Assembly: GCA_963774955.1 (NCBI GenBank)
Contig: CAVZGV010000004.1
Span: 3,522 to 67,521 of the forward strand
Direction: 5' to 3'
Source of the DNA: Candidatus Falkowbacteria bacterium
Lineage (GTDB): Bacteria > Patescibacteriota > Patescibacteriia > CAIXNZ01
Length of the DNA stretch: 64,000 nt
Positions within the stretch are counted from its first letter, which is position 1. Each line of letters opens with the position of its first letter. Shown here piece after piece: positions 22,535 to 32,439 of the stretch. The position numbers and the translations under genes were made by a program. Under the pieces are notes generated by a model. The model did no database searches and was not told the DNA's origin. It saw nothing but the letters and a program-made list of their open reading frames with translations.

Positions 22535-24524
22535 TTATAGTAACAATCCTACGATTAGTAATGCCACAATATTTAGAATTTTAATCATAGGGTTAATCGC
22601 CGGACCAGCAGTATCTTTATAAGGATCGCCAACTGTATCACCGGTCACAGCAGCCTGATGAGCAAAAGAACCTTTGCCACCGTAATTACCTTCTTCAATA
22701 TATTTCTTGGCATTGTCCCAAGCACCACCGCCGGAAGTCATTGAAATAGCAACGAATAAACCAGTAATGATTGAACCAACCAATAAACCGCCTAAAGCGT
22801 AAACACCCAAAGTAAAACCAACAATAATTGGAACTAAAACCGGAATCAAAGCCGGAATAATCATTTCTTTAATTGCCACTTTGGTTACAATATCAACTGT
22901 TTTGCCATAATCAGGTTTTTCAGTACCCTGCATAATGCCAGGCTTTTCTTTAAACTGTCGTCTGAACTTCTTCCACTACTGAACCAGCAGCCTTACCCAC
23001 TGCTTGCATGGCCATGGCGCCAAAATAATATGGTAATAAACCACCAATAAATAAACCGACTAAAACTCTGGGATCATTAATGGCAAAAACATATCCGGTG
23101 CCTAAAGCATGAGTAAAATCAGCAAATAAAACTAAAGCGGCTAAAGCGGCTGAGGCAATGGCATAACCTTTGGTTACTGCTTTGGTAGTATTACCAACAG
23201 CATCCAAAGGATCAGTAATATCTCGAACTTCCTTAGGCATATCCGCCATTTCCGCAATGCCACCGGCATTATCAGTAATTGGGCCGTAGGAATCAATGGT
23301 TACAATAATACCTGCCATTGAAAGCATGGACATAGCAGCAATAGCAATACCATAAATATCAGCTAACCAGTAAGCAGCTAAAATTGCCGCACAAATAACA
23401 ATAATCGGCCAAGCAGTTGATTTCATGGAAACGGCCAAACCGGCAATAATATTGGTGCCATGACCTGTTTGAGAAGCAGCAGCAATATCTTTAACCGGTT
23501 TATATTGTTTAGCAGTATAATATTCAGTAATTATAACCATGGCCGCCGGTGACAACCAAACCGATTAAAGAGGCTAAATATAAATTTAATGACATTAAAT
23601 TGATCGTTAGTGCCCATTAACCAAATAGTTACAGGATAAAAAGCAATAGCAGCTACAATGCCAGAAGCAATTAAACCTTTATATAAAGCAGCCATAATAT
23701 TTTTCTTAGCACCTAAACGGATAAAAAAGCTGCCAATGATGGAAGCAATAATAGAAACACCGCCCAAAACCAAAGGATATATAATGGCATTTTCCCAACC
23801 ACCAAATAATAATGAGCCTAAAAGCATGGTCGCAACAGCTGTCACAGCATAAGTTTCAAATAAATCAGCAGCCATACCAGCGCAATCACCGACATTATCA
23901 CCGACATTATCAGCAATTACTGCAGGATTGCGAGGATCATCTTCAGGAATACCAGCTTCAACTTTACCGACTAAATCAGCACCTACATCAGCGGCTTTAG
24001 TAAAAATACCACCGCCTAAACGGGCAAAAATTGAAATTAATGATCCGCCAAAACCTAAACCGATCAAAGCCTGAACATCTTTAAAAATTAACCAAAATAA
24101 TGAAACACCCAGTAAAGCCAAACCAACAACTAAAAATCCGGTCACTGAACCGCCTTTAACAGCTACGTCTAAAGCTGCTTTTAAGCCGCTTTTAGCTGCC
24201 TCGGCTGTCCGGACATTAGCACGAACAGAAACATTCATACCGATATAACCGGTAGCCGCAGATAAAATCGCGCCGACTAAAAAGCCCAGCCCGGTTTTCC
24301 AGTTTAATACCGACCGTTATTAAAACAAATAAAACAACCGCCACAATAGCAATTGTTTTATACTGACGATTTAAATAAGCGCTGGCACCTTCCTGAATGG
24401 CTTTGGCAATAGCCTGCATTTTCTCATTGCCGGCCGGCATTTTTAAAACAATTTTTATCAGGATTAACCCATAAATTACAGCCAATAAGGCTGCAATTAA
24501 AGCAAAAATAAGTCCCGTAGGCAT
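22535..24524 (-). CDS. hppA: Membrane proton-translocating pyrophosphatase, K+-independent type (frameshifted into 4 ORFs)
   Basis: [35 protein letters not shown] (Lys marks the K+-independent class), [11 protein letters not shown]. Confidence 0.9.
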
Positions 24525-25070
24525 AAAATTAAAATTAGTAATAAGTAATTAGTAGCAGGAAATAAGGATTATGGAATTTAAATTTATCCTTATTGCCTAT
24601 TACCTATTACCTATTTCGCCTGCCTGCCGGCAGGCAGGTAAAACAAAAAAAGCTGACAACTGCCAATTTCCTATCACTTATCATTTTATCTATTTGGCCC
24701 AAAAGTGTCAACTTTATTTTTAGTAATAATTGTTTATAAACCGGACTAAAAATACAGATATTTTTTATTTAATGTGAGCCAAAAACACCGAATTTCCTTT
24801 GACTCGAATCCTAAATTTTGCTATTATATATCATATAATTCATTTTGCTTTTCAAGGTGTTTTTGTTTTCTAAACTCGATAATATTTGGCTAAAATAAGC
24901 CTTAAAATACCTGGCAATTTGAAAAAAGGATTAAATATATTAGTCAGTCAATTAAAAGCTTTATTATCAGGTTACTGATTATTAGCTTCAAAGGCTTTAG
25001 CAATTTAATAAAGTCCTTTTTTTATTTACTTTTAAAGGGCCTGAAATATCCGATAAAAGCCTGCGTTATC

Positions 25071-26273
25071 TTGTTTCGCTTTATTTTTATTCTGCTCTAT
25101 AAGCTTTTTTATAGGTTTAGAAAATATAAACGCCTAATTTTTCCTACAGAAAAAATTAGGCCTGTCTATATTTTTATAAACCGTTATATTGCTCAAATCG
25201 TCATAGTTACCCTGGTTATCTTAATAAGCTTTGGCAATCTTTTTACCAGCGAAACCAAGGCGGAAAACTTTGGGGATCAAAGTTTATTATTTACCTTAGC
25301 CAGTGGCAGTGAATATGCTGGCTCATATATCGAAGAAGGCTTAATTTCGGCAGAGCCACAAATTAATAGTTATTTATCTAGCGAACAGGCAACTGTTTCT
25401 CCTGATAATGCGGTTCAGCCCGAAGAAAATAATTCATTAGCTTTTACCAGTGATAGCAGTGCTTTAGTTAAGCCTGAGATTCCATCACTAGAAGCAGTGA
25501 TGCCGACTCGGACTAATATTGTCGAGTATACAGTTAAAGCCGGTGATACTATTGGTACGATCGCCCAAAAATTCGGTCTTGGCCAAAATACGCTTTTATG
25601 GGAAAACAACTTAACAGCCAGAAGTTATATCCAACCGGGACAAATATTGAAAATTTTGCCGACAAACGGAATTTCTTATGCTGTTGTAAAGGGAGATAAC
25701 CTCGGAAAAATTGCCCAGAAATTCAATTCTGAAACAGGAAAAATCATTGCTTATAATCGGCTCAGCGATGAATCAGATATTCAAATTGGTCAAATTCTGA
25801 TTATTCCCGAAGGTAAACCTTATGCGCCACCACCGGTGGTCACCCCCAAACTAGCTTCAATTAAACAAATATTTAATCAGCCAGTATCTGCAGAACCTGA
25901 TGATCCTGGTACTGGTAAAATGTATTGGCCAAATGGCTGTTATACTCTTACCCAATATTTTAACTGGCGGCATGTCGGTTTGGATATCGCTTGTCCCAAG
26001 GGGACACCTATACGAGCAGCTGAAGACGGCGTGGTTTATAAAGTTGCCTATCTTAATACAGGCTATGGACATCATGTTTTTATAGATCATGGTAATGGTA
26101 AAACCACCAGATATGGTCACATGACAACTATTTTTGTCAAAGAAGGTGAAACAGTCAAACGAGGCCAAGAAATTGGACTCGAAGGCTCGACTGGCATGTC
26201 TACCGGCCCGCATTTGCATTTTGAAGTTAGAATTAATAACAAACCCTACAATCCATTAAACTATCTAAGGTAA
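25071..26273 (+). CDS. LysM-domain M23 family peptidase
   Basis: Two LysM repeats; HVGLD, RYGH, STGPHLHFE; start uncertain. Confidence 0.88.
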   Translation: MFRFIFILLYKLFYRFRKYKRLIFPTEKIRPVYIFINRYIAQIVIVTLVILISFGNLFTSETKAENFGDQSLLFTLASGSEYAGSYIEEGLISAEPQINSYLSSEQATVSPDNAVQPEENNSLAFTSDSSALVKPEIPSLEAVMPTRTNIVEYTVKAGDTIGTIAQKFGLGQNTLLWENNLTARSYIQPGQILKILPTNGISYAVVKGDNLGKIAQKFNSETGKIIAYNRLSDESDIQIGQILIIPEGKPYAPPPVVTPKLASIKQIFNQPVSAEPDDPGTGKMYWPNGCYTLTQYFNWRHVGLDIACPKGTPIRAAEDGVVYKVAYLNTGYGHHVFIDHGNGKTTRYGHMTTIFVKEGETVKRGQEIGLEGSTGMSTGPHLHFEVRINNKPYNPLNYLR

Positions 26274-26317
26274 AAAAAATTCCCCCAATTACGGGGGAAT
26301 TTTTTATTTGTCTGTAT

Positions 26318-26860
26318 TTAATATTTTTCTTTATATTCTGCAAATGATCTGACGCTGAGTTGCTCCTGACGTGTTTGCTGATTAAAAAGCCCGGTAAATC
26401 TGGAGTTGAATATTTGTCTTAAAAATAGAAGGTCGTCAGTGCCAAGAAAATTATCAAAATTTTTAGTCTTAATTTCTTCAGCTAACACTTCTAATTTTTT
26501 AATCAAGGCCTGTTTGTGGTCTAATTCCATAATTACATTTTCAGCCAAATCCAATTCTCTGGCCAATGCCATCTTAATGTTAGAAACAATATTATTTTTC
26601 TCTTTGGCTATATCTTCTGGTTTAACTTCTGCCCATAACTGATTTTTTTGTTCCTCGGGTAGAAAAAAATAATCAATATTATCCAAAGCCGGGGCAAAAA
26701 TATTAATATCAATTTCTCTTTGTTTTGATGATTTTTCTAATCTGGATAATTCCTGTTTTTCCTCATCAGACAAGGGGACTAAATTTTGTTTTTCAAACCT
26801 TTGTGACTTCTCAAACTTATCTACCTCAGAAGGTAGAAAATCTTCAATTTGCTCAAACAT
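26318..26860 (-). CDS. Hypothetical protein
   Basis: 180-aa ORF co-oriented downstream of comM. Confidence 0.6.
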   Translation of the reverse strand: MFEQIEDFLPSEVDKFEKSQRFEKQNLVPLSDEEKQELSRLEKSSKQREIDINIFAPALDNIDYFFLPEEQKNQLWAEVKPEDIAKEKNNIVSNIKMALARELDLAENVIMELDHKQALIKKLEVLAEEIKTKNFDNFLGTDDLLFLRQIFNSRFTGLFNQQTRQEQLSVRSFAEYKEKY

Positions 26861-26877
26861 AATTACAAAATTAAAAA

Positions 26878-28392
26878 TTAGCGATTTAACCTATATTGTA
26901 AAGCCTCAGCCAAATGATTTATTTTAATCTTAGCACTTTGGTCCAGATCCGCAATGGTTCTGGCTAATTTCAAGATGCGGTGATAGGCCCGGCCCGAAAG
27001 ATGAAACTGATTAACCGCGGACTTTAAAAGCTCACTGCTTTCAGTATCTATCTGACAAAACTCTTTAATTTCCTGCGGTCTCATTTCACCATTATATAAA
27101 ATCTGCAAATCTTTAAACCGTTGTTGCTGCATTGTTCTGGCAGCCTCAACCCGTTCGCGTATGGACACGGAATTTTCCGCGACTTTAGCCGTGGTTAATT
27201 GTTCATACTTTAAGCGTGGTACTTCAATTTGCATATCAATGCGGTCAATAATCGGCCCGGAAATTTTTTGCTGGTATTTAATAATCTGGCCCGGCGAACA
27301 GGTGCATTGCCTGTCAGGATCATTATTAAAACCGCAAGGACAAGGATTTTGGGCGGCCATTAAAATAAATCTGGCCGGATAAGTCAGGGTTCCCATAACT
27401 CTGGAAATATTAATTATCCCGTCTTCCAGTGGCTGGCGCAGATTTTCCATGACCTGGCGCGGAAACTCGGGAAATTCATCCAAAAATAAAACCCCGCGAT
27501 GAGCCAGGCTGATTTCACCCGGCTTAGGTATACGACCTCCGCCGATTAAGGAAATAGCCGAAGCAGAATGATGAGGCGAACGAAACGGCCTTTGGGTAAT
27601 TAACGGATAATTATGGGGCAAGAGCCCGGCTACGCTATAAATTTTAGTTACCTCCAAAATTTCTTCATATAAAAGTTTAGGTAAAATTGAGGACATAGCT
27701 TTGGCCAATAAAGTCTTGCCCGAACCAGGCGGGCCAGACATAAGCACATTGTGTCCGCCTGAAGCCGCGATTTCCAAAGCGCGCTTAGCCAGCTCTTGTC
27801 CGGCAATATAAGCCATATCAACTTCAAAATCCTGTTCCTTATAATCAAAATCGCCTGTCTTTTGGTAGGGTTCGATCAGATTTTTCCCTGTAAGATGCTC
27901 AAATATTTCCCTTAAATTCCGAACCGGATAAATTTCCACGCCGTCAATCAAACTGGCTTCCTGAGCATTTATCCACGGCAGATAAACTTTTTTTAGCCCC
28001 TGTTCTTTGGCAAAAATTACGGCCGGTAAAATACCGTTAGTATGGCGCAGATTACCTTCTAAGGAAAGTTCCCCTATAAACAAACTGTCTTCAAGCTTTA
28101 GTCTTAATTCCAGAGTATCCAAAATAATACCCAAAGCCATGGCCAGGTCATAAGCCGGACCCTCTTTTTTCAAATCAGCCGGCGCCAGATTAACAACAAT
28201 TTTTCTGGAATACGGATAATCAAAGTTACAATTTTTAATGGCCAGCTTGACCCTCAGTCTGGCTTCCTGAATAGCCGTGTCTCCCAAACCCACAATATGA
28301 AATTTCGGTTCTCCGTTGCCAACATCAACCTCGGCCTCCACCAGCTGGGGCTTAAGTCCGATGACTGCGACTGAATTAAGTTTGGTTAGCAT
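26878..28392 (-). CDS. comM: ComM/YifB Mg-chelatase-like AAA+ ATPase
   Basis: VNLAPADLKKEG, GPPGSGKT, PGEISLAHRGVLFLDE, NPCPCG. Confidence 0.92.
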   Translation of the reverse strand: MLTKLNSVAVIGLKPQLVEAEVDVGNGEPKFHIVGLGDTAIQEARLRVKLAIKNCNFDYPYSRKIVVNLAPADLKKEGPAYDLAMALGIILDTLELRLKLEDSLFIGELSLEGNLRHTNGILPAVIFAKEQGLKKVYLPWINAQEASLIDGVEIYPVRNLREIFEHLTGKNLIEPYQKTGDFDYKEQDFEVDMAYIAGQELAKRALEIAASGGHNVLMSGPPGSGKTLLAKAMSSILPKLLYEEILEVTKIYSVAGLLPHNYPLITQRPFRSPHHSASAISLIGGGRIPKPGEISLAHRGVLFLDEFPEFPRQVMENLRQPLEDGIINISRVMGTLTYPARFILMAAQNPCPCGFNNDPDRQCTCSPGQIIKYQQKISGPIIDRIDMQIEVPRLKYEQLTTAKVAENSVSIRERVEAARTMQQQRFKDLQILYNGEMRPQEIKEFCQIDTESSELLKSAVNQFHLSGRAYHRILKLARTIADLDQSAKIKINHLAEALQYRLNR

Positions 28393-28393
28393 C

Positions 28394-29470
28394 TTAATAT
28401 CTTAATAGTCTTTTTTTCTTTTGGCCAATTACTAAGCCTTCCCCAAGGTTCAATGCCCTGGATATCATAAAAAAAATATTTTCATTGGTGTTTATTGATT
28501 CAATCTTAATGTCCGGATGGTAATTTTGCCATACCCGGAAAATTTCATCGGCAAACGCCTGTCCGACTGTTTTAACTTTTGCAAAATCTAAAATAATAAT
28601 TTTAAATTTGTCTAAACCAGTCAGAATGCGCCTGGCCTGCGAACGTGACAAATATATTTCTCCCATTTTATATAATTTTACGGCAACTTTAGTTCTGTCA
28701 AATTCAAAAGATTCGCCTGAAAATCGGTTAAAAATTTGCCTAAGCGATTTTTTAGATTTTAGTAAAATGGAAAAAAATATCCTCGTTCCCGCCTTGGGTC
28801 TGATATCATGGATGAAAAAATCATCCACTAAATTATTAAAAAATAATTTTTTATCCGATCCTTCAATCGCTAGATTGTCGGCTGCCTTAGAAGTAAAAAA
28901 AATCCCCTCGCCTGAATGTCTTTCGGGATTGGTTGTCTGTTTGCCTTTTAATAAATCCTGAATTGCTTCCAGCGCGTTTTTTAGCTTCCTTTTTCTCATA
29001 ATATTATTAAAAATACCCACCCCATAATCTAAAACTTCAAAGCTCAAAATGTCCGCAGATCTACTCATTTTAATTTTTATTATTTTTGACTGCGAATGTT
29101 CAATGGCATTATTAAGCATTTCAGTAAACGCGTAACTTACGATATTATTGATATTTTCAGGCAAGTTGAAAAAGATGCCGCTTTCTTTCTTAATCTGATC
29201 CAAAATAACGTCTTCTGCCAAATTAATATTTTTTAGAGTCCTATTTACGCTTAATAATACACCCTTGGCCCTTATAACATCGACTTTATCCGCTAACACG
29301 TAGAATGATTGCCGAGCCTTGCCAATTAAGACAATTTTACCCTCATTGCGCAATTCTTGTAAAAATCTGTTGATATATGCACGACTAAACCTAGTCACCT
29401 TAATCACATCAGCAACCTTTACCTGGTTTTTTTCTTTAATTGTATCTAATATTAGCGCTTTAATATCCAT
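28394..29470 (-). CDS. wHTH + HATPase-like + STAS-like (DUF4325-type) protein
   Basis: N-terminal HTH, EMLNNAIEHS, DxGxG, GEGIFF, SRSQAR...FADEIF. Confidence 0.75.
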   Translation of the reverse strand: MDIKALILDTIKEKNQVKVADVIKVTRFSRAYINRFLQELRNEGKIVLIGKARQSFYVLADKVDVIRAKGVLLSVNRTLKNINLAEDVILDQIKKESGIFFNLPENINNIVSYAFTEMLNNAIEHSQSKIIKIKMSRSADILSFEVLDYGVGIFNNIMRKRKLKNALEAIQDLLKGKQTTNPERHSGEGIFFTSKAADNLAIEGSDKKLFFNNLVDDFFIHDIRPKAGTRIFFSILLKSKKSLRQIFNRFSGESFEFDRTKVAVKLYKMGEIYLSRSQARRILTGLDKFKIIILDFAKVKTVGQAFADEIFRVWQNYHPDIKIESINTNENIFFMISRALNLGEGLVIGQKKKRLLRY

Positions 29471-29481
29471 ATGTTTAGTTT

Positions 29482-29531
29482 ACGATTAGTTGACGATTAG
29501 TTGACGATTAGTTGACGATTAGTTGACGATT
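29482..29531. repeat. 11-bp tandem repeat ACGATTAGTTG, about 4.5 copies
   Basis: Read directly; lies between the promoter and start codon of 28394-29470. Confidence 0.9.
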
Positions 29532-29574
29532 TCATTATATCATATATTATAAATATCGTCAACCCAGCCTTTAA

Positions 29575-29608
29575 AAATAAAACCTGCCATTCGAAAACAG
29601 CAGGTTTT
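29575..29608 (-). terminator. Intrinsic terminator ending the downstream guide array
   Basis: AAAACCTGC...GCAGGTTTT followed by a T-run on the minus strand. Confidence 0.65.
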
Positions 29609-32435
29609 GAGCGAAACAATGCTCTGCTCGTCAATTCAGACACCGACGGATTCGTCTCGCCCGATTTTTGCGGACAGTGATCCCTTCGTTTTTTTCAAAC
29701 ACGTGCGCATTCGTCCGCAAAATTTTTAAGGGGACACGCAATTAATCGTTTTTAAAATACAACTTGATTATCGTCCCCTTTTCCCTGAAGCTCTTAACCC
29801 ATAGTACTATGCCAAACGGATTCAAAGAAAAAAGGGCGAGACATTCATAACTTTGTCCGTTTATGAACAACTCTTCTCAATCGTCTCGCCCGTTTTTTGC
29901 AGACAGCTACGAACTCGTTTTATTTATTTGACATCGTCGACAACGTCCGCAAAATATTTAGAGGACAACTGTTAGTTCGTATTAAATTACATTCGCGCCT
30001 CGTCCCCTTTTCCCTGACTTTATGACTTTCAACTCTAAGCTTTACACTAAACAGGAAAAGGGGGCGAGACAAACAAATACTCGCTATAAGGCAAATATTT
30101 ATTCGTCTCACCCTGTTTTTTGCGGACATGGCTCTACTCGTTCAAAAACAGAGGAACAGTCGTCCGCAAAATTTATGGGACACGCTCATACTTGTTATTA
30201 AAGAACATCCCCATACTTCCCTGCTCCTGGCTTATGGCTAATGGCCATATAGCTAATAGCTTGTGGCAAAAGCAGAGAAAAGGGGGCGAGACAACATGGC
30301 ATTCGTCTTTTAACAAATTGCAGATCGTCTCACCCTGTTTTTTTGCGGACAGCTACGAACTCGTTTTATTTGACATCGTCGACAACGTCCGCAAAATATT
30401 TAGAGGACAACAGTTAGATCGTAATAAATTACATTCGCGTCGTCGTCCCCTTTTTCCTAAGTTCTCATTTTTCACTACTCATTACTCAAAGCCCAGGAAA
30501 AAAGGGGCGAGACAACCAATCGAAAGTTCAATTAAGAACGCCAACCTGATCGTCTCACCCTGTTTTTTTTGATGACATTCCCCGGAGCGTCTATAAAGAC
30601 AGCCATGAGAACGTCTACAAATATTTAGGGGACGGGATTCACCTCGTTTATTAAATAAACACACGCATGCTCGTCCCCTTTTTCCTGAGTTCTCATTTTT
30701 CACTACTCATTACTCAAAGCCCAGGAAAAAAGGGGCGAGACCGTCCAAGCGTCGTCTTATCTAAAGACATCGCTATGAGCGTCTTACCCGATTTTTACGG
30801 ACATCCACGGCCAAACCTAAATAGGCACCAGTAATATCGTCCGCAAAATTTTAGGGGACAATGCTCAGCTCGTTTTAAAAAACAAACCCCAAATCGTCCC
30901 CTTTTCCCTGCTCTGGCTAATGGCATATAGCTAATAGCAAAACAAAGAAAAGGGGGCGAGACAAGGCTGTCAATGTCTTTGAAAGACGCGTCCCGCATCG
31001 TCTCGCCCGATTTTTGCGGACATGCCCCTTCTCGTTTTTAAACAAAACTACCTACATCCGCAAAAATTTTAAGGGACAATGTTACCATCGTAATAGTAAC
31101 AACAGTGCTATCGTCCCCTTTTCCCTGCTCTGGCTAATGGCATATGGCTTATAGCTAATGGCTTAGAGTAAAGCAAAGAAAAGGAGGCGAGACAGGCCAA
31201 AAATCGTTCTTATGAACAAGTTGCGGCTCGTCTCACCCATTTTTTCGCAGACAGCTCTCGATTCGCTATTATTAGCATTCGATTTCTCATCCGCAAAATT
31301 TATAGGGACACGCTCATACTTGTTTTTAAAAAACATTACCATAGTCGTCCCCTTTCCCTGGCAATTTTGAACTTCGGACTTCAAACTTCAGACTTGCCAA
31401 AGAAAAGGGGGCGAGACAAAAAGGAATTAATCCTTCATCAGGACAGCCTCCTCTTCGTCTCACCCTGTTTTTTGCGGACATGGCTCTACTCGTTCAAAAA
31501 CAGAGGAACAGTCGTCCGCAAAATATTATTTTGTGAATAGAGTTAAGGTAAAGATGCTAGTTTGGTGTATAGGGCTAAGTGTATTAGACACCAAACACTT
31601 TTCACTAAACCAACTTCCTAACCCACTCACTATTCACTAGTTTTTAAAAGGGGGCGAGACATTTGTCGCATCATCCTATAAAGACAAATGCGCTATCGTC
31701 TCGCCTGGTCTTACGGACATCCGCGGCCAAGCTTGAATAAACACCAGTAATATCGTCCACAAAATATTGTTTGGTGAATAGTGTTAAGCCTGCCTGCAGG
31801 CAGGGTAAAGATGCTGGTATGGAGTTTTGTGAAAGGTATTAAGGTAACAACACTTAACCTTTTCACTATTAACTAAACTAACCTCCTAACCCTTTCACCA
31901 TTCACTAATTTTTTAAGTGGGCGAGACAGCAGGACTAAAGTTATAATTTAACAATGATCATACCGTCTCGCCCCTGGCCAGAACCCAACCTGGTTCAGGC
32001 CTAAATTTTGCGGACACGGGCAGCTTCATAACTTTTACACCCTTCGACTCGTCCACAAAATTTTTAGGGAAAACAAGATAAAATTAATCAAAATTGACAT
32101 TCATTTTCTCGTTTCCCTTTTCTCTGCCTTGGTTTATGGCTAATGGCATATAGCTTATAGCAATAGCAAAGAAAAGAGGGCGAGACACTCTTCATCTCGT
32201 CATTTCTGACAGCCCCAGAAGAGTCTCGCCCGATTTTTGCGGACAGGAGATGAATCATTCTAAAACAATAGATCATACGTCCTCAAAATTTATAGGGGAC
32301 ACTTAGACATTCGTTATTTCACAACCTGCATGTCGTCCCCTTTTCTCTGAAATCTAGAATCTAAAATCTAGAATCTGACAGAGAAAAGGGGGGAAGCAAA
32401 ACTTTCTGTCATGACATACTTATTTTGCTTCCCCG
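29609..32435 (-). ncRNA. TIGR-like stem-loop guide array downstream of the Tas-like gene, about 35 dual-spacer units
   Basis: Units read stem-CGA-N9-TG-loop-CGA-N9-TG-stem on the minus strand; stems GGGCGAGAC, TTTTGCGGAC and AGGGGAC cycle; parsed by hand. Confidence 0.85.
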
Positions 32436-32439
32436 AGAT

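Noticed and set aside
673-24524. Pseudogenes or programmed frameshifts in the repeat lipoprotein, CSLREA protein, ABC genes and hppA
   Set aside because: Single-base indels are scattered through many unrelated genes while motifs stay intact, as expected for long-read consensus errors.
26878-28392. comM disrupted by an integrated element
   Set aside because: The comM ORF is full length and uninterrupted.
29920-32276. Short ORFs inside the array (29920, 30120, 30482, 30795, 31163, 32088)
   Set aside because: They are translations of the repeated scaffold, with no RBS or protein-like features.
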